DNA of 64,000 nucleotides, taken from NCBI RefSeq assembly GCF_009914755.1, contig NC_060948.1; one strand, given 5' to 3'. Positions within the stretch are counted from its first letter, which is position 1; every line of letters starts with the position of its first letter. The translations under genes were made by a program, and so were the position numbers. Under the pieces are notes generated by a model, which was not told where the DNA came from, made no database searches, and saw nothing but the letters and a program-made list of their open reading frames with translations. The DNA is from the human T2T-CHM13v2.0 reference genome, Homo sapiens. This document shows, in pieces, positions 13,701 through 28,511 of the stretch.

Positions 13701-14290
13701 GCAGTGCAATGGAAGGGAATGGAATTGAATGCAATGGAATGGAATGGAATGGAATGGAATGGAATGGAATGGAATGGAATGGAATGGGATGGAATGGTAT
13801 GGAATGGATAGTAATGGACTGGAGTGAAATGGACTGGAAAGGAATGGACTCAAATTGAAAGGGCTCGAAAGGAATGGAGTCAAATGGAATGGTCTGGAAT
13901 GGAATGAACACGAATGTAATGCAATCCAATAGAATGGAATCGAATGGCATGGAATATAAAGAAATGGAATCGAAGAGAATGGAAACAAATGGAATGGAAT
14001 TGAATGGAATGGAATTGAATGGAATGGGAACGAATGGAGTGAAATTGTATGCAGTAGAAGGGAATAGAATGGAATGCAAGCGAAAGGAAAGGAATGGATT
14101 GGAATGGAATGGAATTCATTGGAATGGAAGGGAATGTAGTGTAATGGACAGGCCTGGAATAAAGTGGAATGCTACGGTCTCGAATGGAATAAAAATGTAT
14201 GGAATGGAATGCAATGAAACGGAATCGAATGTCATAGAATGTAATGGAATGCAAAAAAATGGAATCCAAAATCATTGACTGGAAAGGCTG
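10712..14290 (+). repeat. DYZ1 unit 4 (3579 bp)
   Basis: Landmark recurrence; ORF-track anchors 11017 to 14596. Confidence 0.93.
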
Positions 14291-17200
14291 GGTGTCGAAA
14301 GGAATTGACTCCAATGGAATGGAATCGAATGGAATGGAAGTGAATAGAATCGAACTAAATCGAATGGAATGGAATTGATAGGAACGGAATGGAAAGGAAT
14401 GCAATGATTTGGCATGGAATGGAATCGAATGGCATCGAATGGAATGGAATGGAATGCAATGGAATGGAATGTATTAGAATGTAATGAACTTTAATGGAAT
14501 GTACTCGAATGGATTCGACTGGAATGGAATGTTCTGGAAGTGAATGGACTCCAATGGAATGGATTCAAAAGGAATGGAATCGTACGGAATGGAATCTAAT
14601 GGAATGGAATTAAATGGAAATGAATCAAATTGAATAGCACGGAATTGAATTGAATGGAATGGAATGCAATGGAATCTAATGAAACGGAAAGGAAAGGAAT
14701 GGAATGGAATGGAATGGACTGGAATGGAAAGGAATCGAAACGAATGGAATGGAATCGAACTGAAGAGACTGGAATGGAATGCACTGGAATGGAAGGGAGT
14801 GTAATGGAAGGTTCTCGAAAAAAATGGAATCTAATGGAATGGAATTGAATGGAACGGAATAGAGTCGAATGGAATTGAATGGAATGGAATGGACTAGAGT
14901 GAAATGGAATCGAACCACAAGGAATGGACATGAATAGAATGGTCTCGAATTGAATGGAATCGTATGGAATGGCATCAAACGGAATGGAATGGACAGCCAC
15001 GGAATGGAATGCACTCGAATGCAATGGAGTCGAAACTAATGGACTGGAATAGAATGGACTCGACTGGTACGGACTCCAATGGAATGGAATCGAATGGAAG
15101 GGAATCGAACGGAATGGACTCGAAGGGAAAAGACTGCAATGGAAAGGTCTCGAATGGAATGGAAATTAATGGAATGGAATGGAATCGAATGAAATGTAGT
15201 CAAAAGGAATGGAATCGTATGGCAAGAAATCGAATGTAATGGAATCACAAGGAATTGATGTGAACGGAACGGAATGGAATGGAATCCAAAGGAATGGAAT
15301 AGAATGGAATGGAATCGAATGGAAAGGACTCGAATGGAAATCACTCGAATAGAATGCAATTTAATAAAATAGGATCAAATGTAATGGAATGGAATGAAAA
15401 GGAATCGAAACGAAAGGAATGGAGACAGATGGAATGGAATGGAACAGAGAGCAATGGTATAGAATGGAATGGAATCATCTGGAATGGAATTGAATGGAAT
15501 GGAATAATATGAAATGGAATGGAATGGAATGGAATGGAATGCCCTTGAATTAAATGGACTGGAATGGAATGGACTCGAACAGAGTGGAATGGAAAGTGTT
15601 GAGATAGAATGGAATGGACTCCTTTGGAATGGTGTAGTATGCAATGCAATCGACTGGCAGGGAATCAAAAGGAATGTAATCGAATGGATTGGACTGGAAT
15701 GCAATGGACTCGAATAGATTGGAAACGGGATGCAAAGGAATGGAATGGAATAGTATGGAATGGAATGGAAAGGAATGGAGTGGAATAGACTAGAGTGGAA
15801 TGGAATGGACTGGAAAGCAATGGACTGGAATGGAACTTTCTTGAATGGACTGGAATCAAACGGAATGGAATGCAATGCAATCAAATGGCATGGAATAAAA
15901 TAGAATGAAAGAGAATCAAATGGAATTGAATCGAATGGAATCGAATGGATTGGAAAGGAATAGAATGGAATGGAATGGAATTGACTCAAATGGAATGGAC
16001 TAGAATGGAATGGATTCGAATGGAAGGCAAAGGAATGGAATCTATTGGAATGGCCTGTAATGGAATGGAATGGAAGGGATTGGAATGGACTCGAATGGAA
16101 TGGACTGCTATAGAAAGGATTCGAATGGAATGAAAAAGAATTGAATGGAATAGAACAGAATGGAATCAAATCGAATGAAATGGAATGGAATAGAAAGGAA
16201 TGGAATGAAATGGAATGGAAAAGATTCGAATGGAATGCAATCGAATGGAATGGAATCGAACGGAATGGAATAAAATGGAAGAAAACTGGCAAGAAATGGA
16301 ATCGAAATGAATGGAGTGTTATGGAACGGACTCAAAAGGAATTGAATGTAATAGAATGGAGTGGAGTGGACTCGAATATAATGGACTGGAATGGAATGAA
16401 ATCACATGGAATGGGAACGAATGGAATGGAATGGAAAGGAATGGAATCGAATGGAAAGGAATCGAATGGAAGGGAATGAAATTGAATCAACAGGAATGGA
16501 AGGGAATAGAATAGACGGTAATGGAATGGACTCGAATAGAATGGACACGAATGCTCAAATTGAATGGACTCGAATGGAATGGAAACGAAAGGAATGTCAT
16601 CGAATGGAATTGAATCGATTGGAATGAAATCGCATAGAATGGAGTGGAATCAAATGGAATTGAATCGAAAGGAAAGGAAGCGAATGGACTGAAATGAAAT
16701 GGAATGGAATTGAATGGAAAGTAATGCAATGGAATAGAATGGAACGAAATTTCACGGAATGGAATCAAACTGAATGGAATCAAATCAATGGAATCAAATC
16801 AAATGGAATGGAAAGGAATTGAATGGAGTAGATTGGATTGGATGGGATTGGAATGAAATGTACTGGAAAGGACTCGAATTTCATGAAACGGAATGGAATG
16901 AATTGGAACGGAATGGACTCGAATGGAACGGAATGTCATGGAATGGCATCAAATGGAATGGCATCAAATGGAATGGAATCGAATGCAATGGAATGCTATG
17001 GAATGGAATGGAATGCATTGGAATGGAATGTCCTCTAATGGAATGGATTCGAGTGGAATGGAATCGAATATAATGGAGTCGAATGAAATGGAATTGAAAG
17101 GAATGGGATCGAATACAATGGAATATACTGGAATGTAATGTAATGAACTCGAATGTAATTGACTGGAATGGAATGTACATGAATGGAATGTAATCGAATG

Positions 17201-17839
17201 GAAAGTAATCCAATGGAATAGAATCTAATGCAATAAAATCGACTCAGATAGAGTAGAATGTAATGGAATGGAGTGCAGTGCAATGGAATGGAATGGAATG
17301 GAATGCAATTGAATGGAATGGAATGGAATGGAATGGAATGGAATGGAATGGGATGGAATGGTATGGAATGGATAGAAATGGACTGGAGTGAAATGGACTG
17401 GAAAGGAATGGACTCAAATTGAAAGGGCTCGAAAGGAATGGAGTCAAATGGAATGGTCTGGAATGGAATGAACACGAATGTAATGCAATCCAATAGAATG
17501 GAATCGAATGGCATGGAATATAAAGAAATGGAATCGAAGAGAATGGAAACAAATGGAATGGAATTGAATAGAATGGGAACGAATGGAGTGAAATTGTATG
17601 CAGTAGAAGGGAATAGAATGGAATGCAAGCGAAAGGAAAGGAATGGATTGGAATGGAATGGAATTCATTGGAATGGAAGGGAATGTAGTGTAATGGACAG
17701 GCCTGGAATAAAGTGGAATGCTACGGTCTCGAATGGAATAAAAATGTATGGAATGGAATGCAATGAAATGGAATCGAATGTCATAGAATGTAATGGAATG
17801 CAACAAAATGGAATCCAAAATCATTGACTGGAAAGGCTG
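14291..17839 (+). repeat. DYZ1 unit 5 (3549 bp)
   Basis: Landmark recurrence; 15-bp deletion near 17565; extra GGCC at 16052. Confidence 0.93.
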
Positions 17840-20800
17840 GGTGTCGAAAGGAATTGACTCCAATGGAATGGAATCGAATGGAATGGAAGTGAATAGAATC
17901 GAACTAAATCGAATGGAATGGAATTGATAGGAACGGAATGGAAAGGAATGCAATGATTTGGCATGGAATGGAATCGAATGGCATCGAATGGAATGGAATG
18001 GAATGCAATGGAATGGAATGTATTAGAATGTAATGAACTTTAATGGAATGTACTCGAATGGATTCGACTGGAATGGAATGTTCTGGAAGTGAATGGACTC
18101 CAATGGAATGGATTCCAAAGGAATGGAATCGTACGGAATGGAATCTAATGGAATGGAATTAAATGGAAATGAATCAAATTGAATAGCACGGAATTGAATT
18201 GAATGGAATGGAATGCAATGGAATCTAATGAAACGGAAAGGAAAGGAATGGAATGGAATGGAATGGGCTGGAATGGAAAGGAATCGAAACGAATGGAATG
18301 GAATCGAACTGAAGAGACTGGAATGGAATGCACTGGAATGGAAGGGAGTGTAATGGAAGGTTCTCGAAAAAAATGGAATCGAATGGAATGGAATTGAATG
18401 GAACGGAATAGAGTCGAATGGAATTGAATGGAATGGAATGGACTAGAGTGATATGGAATCGAACCACAAGGAATGGAGAGGAATAGAATGGTCTCGAATT
18501 GAATGGAATCGTATGGAGTGGCATCAAACGGAATGGAATGGACAGCCACGGAATGGAATGCACTCGAATGCAATGGAGTCGAAACTAATGGACTGGAATA
18601 GAATGGACTCGACTGGTACGGACTCCAATGGAATGGAATGGAATGGAAGGGAATCGAACGGAATGGACTCGAAGGGAAAAGACTGCAATGGAAAGGTCTC
18701 GAATGGAATGGAAATTAATGGAATGGAATGGAATCGAATGAAATGGAGTCAAAAGGAATGGAATCGAATGGCAACAAATCGAATGTAATGGAATCGCAAG
18801 GAATTGATGTGAAAGGAACGGAATGGAATGGAATCCAAAGGAATGGAATAGAATGGAATGGAATCGAATGGAAAGGACTCGAATGGAAATCACTCGAATA
18901 GAATGCAATTTAATAAAATAGGATCAAATGTAATGGAATGGAATGGAAAGGAATCGAAACGAAAGGAATGGAGACAGATGGAATGGAATGGAACAGAGAG
19001 CAATGGTATAGAATGGAATGGAATCATCTGGAATGGAATTGAATGGAATGGAATAATATGAAATGGAATGGAATGGAATGGAATGGAATGCCCTTGAATT
19101 AAATGGACTGGAATGGAATGGACTCGAACAGAGTGGAATGGAAAGTGTTGAGATAGAATGGAATGGACTCCTTTGGAATGGTGTAGTATGCAATGCAATC
19201 GACTGGCAGGGAATCAAAAGGAATGTAATGGAATGGACTGGACTGGAATGCAATGGACTCGAATAGATTGGAAACGGAATGCAAAGAAATGGAATGGAAT
19301 AGTATGGAATGGAATGGAAAGGAATGGAGTGGAATAGACTAGAGTGGAATGGAATGGACTGGAAAGCAATGGACTGGAATGGAACTTTCTTGAATGGACT
19401 GGAATCAAACGGAATGGAATGCAATGCAATCAAATGGCATGGAATAAAATAGAATGAAAGAGAATCAAATGGAATTGAATCGAATGGAATCGAATGGATT
19501 GGAAAGGAATAGAATGGAATGGAATGGAATGGACTCAAATGGAATGGACTAGAATGGAATGGATTCGAATGGAAGGCAAAGGAATGGAATCTACTGGAAT
19601 GGACTGTAATGGAATGGAATGGAAGGGATTGGAATGGACTCGAATGGAATGGACTGCAATAGAAAGGATTCGAATGGAATGAAAAAGAATTGAATGGAAT
19701 AGAACAGAATGGAATCAAATCGAATGAAATGGAATGGAATAGAAAGGAATGGAATGAAATGGAATGGAAAGGATTCGAATGGAATGCAATCGAATGGAAT
19801 GGAATCGAACGGAATGGAATAAAATGGAAGAAAACTGGCAAGAAATGGAATCGAAATGAATGGAGTGTTATGGAACGGACTCAAAAGGAATTGAATGTAA
19901 TAGAATGGAGTGGAGTGGACTCGAATATAATGGACTGGAATGGAATGAAATCACATGGAATGGGAACGAATGGAATGGAATGGAAAGGAATGGAATCGAA
20001 TGGAAAGGAATCGAATGGAAGGGAATGAAATTGAATCAACAGGAATGGAAGGGAATAGAATAGACGGTAATGGAATGGACTCGAATAGAATGGACACGAA
20101 TGCTCAAATTAAATGGACTCGAATGGAATGGAAACGAAAGGAATGTCATCGAATGGAATTGAATCGATTGGAATGAAATCGCATAGAATGGAGTGGAATC
20201 AAATGGAATTGAATCGAAAGGAAAGGAAGCGAATGGACTGAAATGAAATGGAATGGAATTGAATGGAAAGTAACGCAATGGAATAGAATGGAACGAAATT
20301 TCACGGAATGGAATCAAACTGAATGGAATCAAATCAATGGAATCAAATCAAATGGAATGGAAAGGAATTGAATGGAGTAGATTGGATTGGATGGGATTGG
20401 AATGAAATGTACTGGAAAGGACTCGAATTTCATGAAACGGAATGGAATGAATTGGAACGGAATGGACTCGAATGGAATGGAATGTCATGGAATGGCATCA
20501 AATGGAATGGCATCAAATGGAATGGAATCGAATGCAATGGAATGCTATGGAATGGAATGGAATGCATTGGAATGGAATGTCCTCTAATGGAATGGATTCG
20601 AGTGGAATGGAATCGAATATAATGGAGTCGAATGAAATGGAATTGAAAGGAATGGGATCGAATAGAATGGAATATACTGGAATGTAATGTAATGAACTCG
20701 AATGTAATTGACTGGAATGGAATGTACATGAATGGAATGTAATCGAATGGAAAGTAATCCAATGGAATAGAATCTAATGCAATAAAACCGACTCAGATAG

Positions 20801-21393
20801 AGTAGAATGTAATGGAATGGAGTGCAGTGCAATGGAAGGGAATGGAATTGAATGCAATGGAATGGAATGGAATGGAATGGAATGGAATGGAATGGAATGG
20901 AATGGGATGGAATGGTATGGAATGGATAGTAATGGACTGGAGTGAAATGGACTGGAAAGGAATGGACTCAAATTGAAAGGGCTCGAAAGGAATGGAGTCA
21001 AATGGAATGGTCTGGAATGGAATGAACACGAATGTAATGCAATCCAATAGAATGGAATCGAATGGCATGGAATATAAAGAAATGGAATCGAAGAGAATGG
21101 AAACAAATGGAATGGAATTGAATGGAATGGGAACGAATGGAGTGAAATTGTATGCAGTAGAAGGGAATAGAATGGAATGCAAGCGAAAGGAAAGGAATGG
21201 ATTGGAATGGAATGGAATTCATTGGAATGGAAGGGAATGTAGTGTAATGGACAGGCCTGGAATAAAGTGGAATGCTACGGTCTCGAATGGAATAAAAATG
21301 TATGGAATGGAATGCAATGAAACGGAATCGAATGTCATAGAATGTAATGGAATGCAAAAAAATGGAATCCAAAATCATTGACTGGAAAGGCTG
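17840..21393 (+). repeat. DYZ1 unit 6 (3554 bp)
   Basis: Landmark recurrence; 15-bp deletion near 21120. Confidence 0.93.
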
Positions 21394-24300
21394 GGTGTCG
21401 AAAGGAATTGACTCCAATGGAATGGAATCGAATGGAATGGAAGTGAATAGAATCGAACTAAATCGAAAGGAATGGAATTGATAGGAACGGAATGGAAAGG
21501 AATGCAATGATTTGGCATGGAATGGAATCGAATGGCATCGAATGGAATGGAATGGAATGCAATGGAATGGAATGTATTAGAATGTAATGAACTTTAATGG
21601 AATGTACTCGAATGGATTCGACTGGAATGGAATGTTCTGGAAGTGAATGGACTCCAATGGAATGGATTCAAAAGGAATGGAATCGTACGGAATGGAATCT
21701 AATGGAATGGAATTAAATGGAAATGAATCAAATTGAATAGCACGGAATTGAATTGAATGGAATGGAATGCAATGGAATCTAATGAAATGGAAAGGAAAGG
21801 AATGGAATGGAATGGAATGGACTGGAATGGAAAGGAATCGAAACGAATGGAATGGAATCGAACTGAAGAGACTGGAATGGAATGCACTGGAATGGAAGGG
21901 AGTGTAATGGAAGGTTCTCGAAAAAAATGGAATCGAATGGAATGGAATTGAATGGAACGGAATAGAGTCGAATGGAATTGAATGGAATGGAATGGACTAG
22001 AGTGAAATGGAATCGAACCACAAGGAATGGACATGAATAGAATGGTCTCGAATTGAATGGAATCGTATGGAATGGCATCAAACGGAATGGAATGGACAGC
22101 CACGGAATGGAATGCACTCGAATGCAATGGAGTCGAAACTAATGGACTGGAATAGAATGGACTCGACTGGTACGGACTCCAATGGAATGGAATCGAATGG
22201 AAGGGAATCGAACGGAATGGACTCGAAGGGAAAAGACTGCAATGGAAAGGTCTCGAATGGAATGGAAATTAATGGAATGGAATGGAATCGAATGAAATGT
22301 AGTCAAAAGGAATGGAATCGTATGGCAAGAAATCGAATGTAATGGAATCACAAGGAATTGATGTGAACGGAACGGAATGGAATGGAATCCAAAGGAATGG
22401 AATAGAATGGAATGGAATCGAATGGAAAGGACTCGAATGGAAATCACTCGAATAGAATGCAATTTAATAAAATAGGATCAAATGTAATGGAATGGAATGA
22501 AAAGGAATCGAAACGAAAGGAATGGAGACAGATGGAATGGAATGGAACAGAGAGCAATGGTATAGAATGGAATGGAATCATCTGGAATGGAATTGAATGG
22601 AATGGAATAATATGAAATGGAATGGAATGGAATGGAATGGAATGCCCTTGAATTAAATGGACTGGAATGGAATGGACTCGAACAGAGTGGAATGGAAAGT
22701 GTTGAGATAGAATGGAATGGACTCCTTTGGAATGGTGTAGTATGCAATGCAATCGACTGGCAGGGAATCAAAAGGAATGTAATCGAATGGATTGGACTGG
22801 AATGCAATGGACTCGAATAGATTGGAAACGGGATGCAAAGGAATGGAATGGAATAGTATGGAATGGAATGGAAAGGAATGGAGTGGAATAGACTAGAGTG
22901 GAATGGAATGGACTGGAAAGCAATGGACTGGAATGGAACTTTCTTGAATGGACTGGAATCAAACGGAATGGAATGCAATGCAATCAAATGGCATGGAATA
23001 AAATAGAATGAAAGAGAATCAAATGGAATTGAATCGAATGGAATCAAATGGATTGGAAAGGAATAGAATGGAATGGAATGGAATTGACTCAAATGGAATG
23101 GACTAGAATGGAATGGATTCGAATGGAAGGCAAAGGAATGGAATCTATTGGAATGGACTGTAATGGAATGGAATGGAAGGGATTGGAATGGACTCGAATG
23201 GAATGGACTGCTATAGAAAGGATTCGAATGGAATGAAAAAGAATTGAATGGAATAGAACAGAATGGAATCAAATCGAATGAAATGGAATGGAATAGAAAG
23301 GAATGGAATGAAATGGAATGGAAAGGATTCGAATGGAATGCAATCGAATGGAATGGAATCGAACGGAATGGAATAAAATGGAAGAAAACTGGCAAGAAAT
23401 GGAATCGAAATGAATGGAGTGTTATGGAACGGACTCAAAAGGAATTGAATGTAATAGAATGGAGTGGAGTGGACTCGAATATAATGGACTGGAATGGAAT
23501 GAAATCACATGGAATGGGAACGAATGGAATGGAATGGAAAGGAATGGAATCGAATGGAAAGGAATCGAATGGAAGGGAATGAAATTGAATCAACAGGAAT
23601 GGAAGGGAATAGAATAGACGGTAATGGAATGGACTCGAATAGAATGGACACGAATGCTCAAATTGAATGGACTCGAATGGAATGGAAACGAAAGGAATGT
23701 CATCGAATGGAATTGAATCGATTGGAATGAAATCGCATAGAATGGAGTGGAATCAAATGGAATTGAATCGAAAGGAAAGGAAGCGAATGGACTGAAATGA
23801 AATGGAATGGAATTGAATGGAAAGTAATGCAATGGAATAGAATGGAACGAAATTTCACGGAATGGAATCAAACTGAATGGAATCAAATCAATGGAATCAA
23901 ATCAAATGGAATGGAAAGGAATTGAATGGAGTAGATTGGATTGGATGGGATTGGAATGAAATGTACTGGAAAGGACTCGAATTTCATGAAACGGAATGGA
24001 ATGAATTGGAACGGAATGGACTCGAATGGAATGGAATGTCATGGAATGGCATCAAATGGAATGGCATCAAATGGAATGGAATCGAATGCAATGGAATGCT
24101 ATGGAATGGAATGGAATGCATTGGAATGGAATGTCCTCTAATGGAATGGATTCGAGTGGAATGGAATCGAATATAATGGAGTCGAATGAAATGGAATTGA
24201 AAGGAATGGGATCGAATACAATGGAATATACTGGAATGTAATGTAATGAACTCGAATGTAATTGACTGGAATGGAATGTACATGAATGGAATGTAATCGA

Positions 24301-24952
24301 ATGGAAAGTAATCCAATGGAATAGAATCTAATGCAATAAAATCGACTCAGATAGAGTAGAATGTAATGGAATGGAGTGCAGTGCAATGGAATGGAATGGA
24401 ATGGAATGCAATTGAATGGAATGGAATGGAATGGAATGGAATGGAATGGGATGGAATGGTATGGAATGGATAGTAATGGACTGGAGTGAAATGGACTGGA
24501 AAGGAATGGACTCAAATTGAAAGGGCTCGAAAGGAATGGAGTCAAATGGAATGGTCTGGAATGGAATGAACACGAATGTAATGCAATCCAATAGAATGGA
24601 ATCGAATGGCATGGAATATAAAGAAATGGAATCGGAGAGAATGGAAACAAATGGAATGGAATTGAATGGAATGGAATTGAATGGAATGGGAACGAATGGA
24701 GTGAAATTGTATGCAGTAGAAGGGAATAGAATGGAATGCAAGCGAAAGGAAAGGAATGGATTGGAATGGAATGGAATTCATTGGAATGGAAGGGAATGTA
24801 GTGTAATGGACAGGCCTGGAATAAAGTGGAATGCTACGGTCTCGAATGGAATAAAAATGTATGGAATGGAATGCAATGAAACGGAATCGAATGTCATAGA
24901 ATGTAATGGAATGCAAAAAAATGGAATCCTAAATCATTGACTGGAAAGGCTG
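21394..24952 (+). repeat. DYZ1 unit 7 (3559 bp)
   Basis: Landmark recurrence; ORF-track anchors 21699 to 25258. Confidence 0.93.
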
Positions 24953-27900
24953 GGTGTCGAAAGGAATTGACTCCAATGGAATGGAATCGAATGGAATGGA
25001 AGTGAATAGAATCGAACTAAATCGAATGGAATGGAATTGATAGGAACGGAATGGAAAGGAATGCAATGATTTGGCATGGAATGGAATCGAATGGCATCGA
25101 ATGGAATGGAATGGAATGCAATGGAATGGAATGTATTAGAATGTAATGAACTTTAATGGAATGTACTCGAATGGATTCGACTGGAATGGAATGTTCTGGA
25201 AGTGAATGGACTCCAATGGAATGGATTCAAAAGGAATGGAATCGTACGGAAAGGAATCTAATGGAATGGAATTAAATGGAAATGAATCAAATTGAATAGC
25301 ACGGAATTGAATTGAATGGAATGGAATGCAATGGAATCTAATGAAACGGAAAGGAAAGGAATGGAATGGAATGGAATGGGCTGGAATGGAAAGGAATCGA
25401 AACGAATGGAATGGAATCGAACTGAAGAGACTGGAACGGAATGCACTGGAATGGAAGGGAGTGTAATGGAAGGTTCTCGAAAAAAATGGAATCGAATGGA
25501 ATGGAATTGAATGGAACGGAATAGAGTCGAATGGAATTGAATGGAATGGAATGGACTAGAGTGAAATGGAATCGAACCACAAGGAATGGACAGGAATAGA
25601 ATGGTCTCGAATTGAATGGAATCGTATGGAATGGCATCAAACGGAATGGAATGGACAGCCACGGAATGGAATGCACTCGAATGCAATGGAGTCGAAACTA
25701 ATGGACTGGAATAGAATGGACTCGACTGGTACGGACTCCAATGGAATGGAATCGAATGGAAGGGAATCGAACGGAATGGACTCGAAGGGAAAAGACTGCA
25801 ATGGAAAGGTCTCGAATGGAATGGAAATTAATGGAATGGAATGGAATCGAATGAAATGGAGTCAAAAGGAATGGAATCGAATGGCAAGAAATCGAATGTA
25901 ATGGAATCACAAGGAATTGATGTGAACGGAACGGAATGGAATGGAATCCAAAGGAATGGAATAGAATGGAATGGAATCGAATGGAAAGGACTCGAATGGA
26001 AATCACTCGAATAGAATGCAATTTAATAAAATAGGATCAAATGTAATGGAATGGAATGAAAAGGAATCGAAACGAAAGGAATGGAGACAGATGGAATGGA
26101 ATGGAACAGAGAGCAATGGTATAGAATGGAATGGAATCATCTGGAATGGAATTGAATGGAATGGAATAATATGAAATGGAATGGAATGGAATGGAATGGA
26201 ATGCCCTTGAATTAAATGGACTGGAATGGAATGGACTCGAACAGAGTGGAATGGAAAGTGTTGAGATAGAATGGAATGGACTCCTTTGGAATGGTGTAGT
26301 ATGCAATGCAATCGACTGGCAGGGAATCAAAAGGAATGTAATCGAATGGATTGGACTGGAATGCAATGGACTCGAATAGATTGGAAACGGAATGCAAAGG
26401 AATGGAATGGAATAGTATGGAATGGAATGGAAAGGAATGGAGTGGAATAGACTAGAGTGGAATGGAATGGACTGGAAAGCAATGGACTGGAATGGAACTT
26501 TCTTGAATGGACTGGAATCAAACGGAATGGAATGCAATGCAATCAAATGGCATGGAATAAAATAGAATGAAAGAGAATCAAATGGAATTGAATCGAATGG
26601 AATCGAATGGATTGGAAAGGAATAGAATGGAATGGAATGGAATTGACTCAAATGGAATGGACTAGAATGGAATGGATTCGAATGGAAGGCAAAGGAATGG
26701 AATCTATTGGAATGGACTGTAATGGAATGGAATGGAAGGGATTGGAATGGGCTCGAATGGAATGGACTGCAATAGAAAGGATTCGAATGGAATGAAAAAG
26801 AATTGAATGGAATAGAACAGAATGGAATCAAATCGAATGAAATGGAATGGAATAGAAAGGAATGGAATGAAATGGAATGGAAAGGATTCGAATGGAATGC
26901 AATCGAATGGAATGGAATCGAACGGAATGGAATAAAATGGAAGAAAACTGGCAAGAAATGGAATCGAAATGAATGGAGTGTTATGGAACGGAGTCAAAAG
27001 GAATTGAATGTAATAGAATGGAGTGGAGTGGACTCGAATATAATGGACTGGAATGGAATGAAATCACATGGAATGGGAACGAATGGAATGGAATGGAAAG
27101 GAATGGAATCGAATGGAAAGGAATCGAATGGAAGGGAATGAAATTGAATCAACAGGAATGGAAGGGAATAGAATAGACGGTAATGGAATGGACTCGAATA
27201 GAATGGACAGGAATGCTCAAATTGAATGGACTCGAATGGAATGGAAACGAAATGAATGTCATCGAATGGAATTGAATCGATTGGAATGAAATCATATAGA
27301 ATGGAGTGGAATCAAATGGAATTGAATCGAAAGGAAAGGAAACAAATGGACTGAAATGAAATGGAATGGAATTGAATGGAAAGTTATGTAATGGAATAGA
27401 ATGGAACGAAATTTCACGGAATGGATTCAAACTGAATGGAATCAAATCAATGGAATCAAATCAAATGGAATGGAAAGGAATTGAATGGAGTAGATTGGAT
27501 TGGATGGGATTGGAATGAAATGTACTGGAAAGGACTCGAATTTCATGAAACGGAATGGAATGAATTGGAACGGAACGGACTCGAATGGAATGGAATGTCA
27601 TGGAATGGCATCAAATGGAATGGCATCAAATGGAATGGAATCGAATGCAATGGAATGCTATGGAATGGAATGGAATGCATTGGAATGGAATGTCCTCTAA
27701 TGGAATGGATTCGAGTGGAATGGAATCGAATATAATGGAGTCGAATGAAATGGAATTGAAAGGAATGGGATCGAATAGAATGGAATATACTGGAATGTAA
27801 TGTAATGAACTCGAATGTAATTGACTGGAATGGAATGTACATGAATGGAATGTAATCGAATGGAAAGTAATCCAATGGAATAGAATCTAATGCAATAAAA

Positions 27901-28511
27901 TCGACTCAGATAGAGTAGAATGCAATGGAATGGAGTGCAGTGCAATGGAATGGAATGGAATGCAATGGAATGGAATGGAATGGAATGGAATGGAATGGAA
28001 TGGAATGGAATGGAATGGTGTGGAATGGATAGTAATGGACTGGAGTGAAATGGACTGGAAAGGAATGGACTCAAATTGAAAGGGCTCGAAAGGAATGGAG
28101 TCAAATGGAATGGTCTGGAATGGAATGAACACGAATGTAATGCAATCCAATAGAATGGAATCGAATGGCATGGAATATAAAGAAATGGAATCGAAGAGAA
28201 TGGAAACAAATGGAATGGAATTGAGTGGAATCGAATTGAATGGAATGGGAACGAATGGAGTGAAATTGTATGCAGTAGAAGAGAATAGAATGGAATGCAA
28301 GCGAAAGGAAAGGAATGGATTGGAATGGAATGGAATTCATTGGAATGGAAGGGAATGTAGTGTAATGGACAGGCCTGGAATAAAGTGGAATGCTACGGTC
28401 TCGAATGGAATAAAAATGTATGGAATGGAATGCAATGAAACGGAATCGAATGTCATAGAATGTAATGGAATGCAAAAAAATGGAATCCAAAATCATTGAC
28501 TGGAAAGGCTG
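24953..28511 (+). repeat. DYZ1 unit 8 (3559 bp)
   Basis: Landmark recurrence; divergent patch at 27210-27426. Confidence 0.93.
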
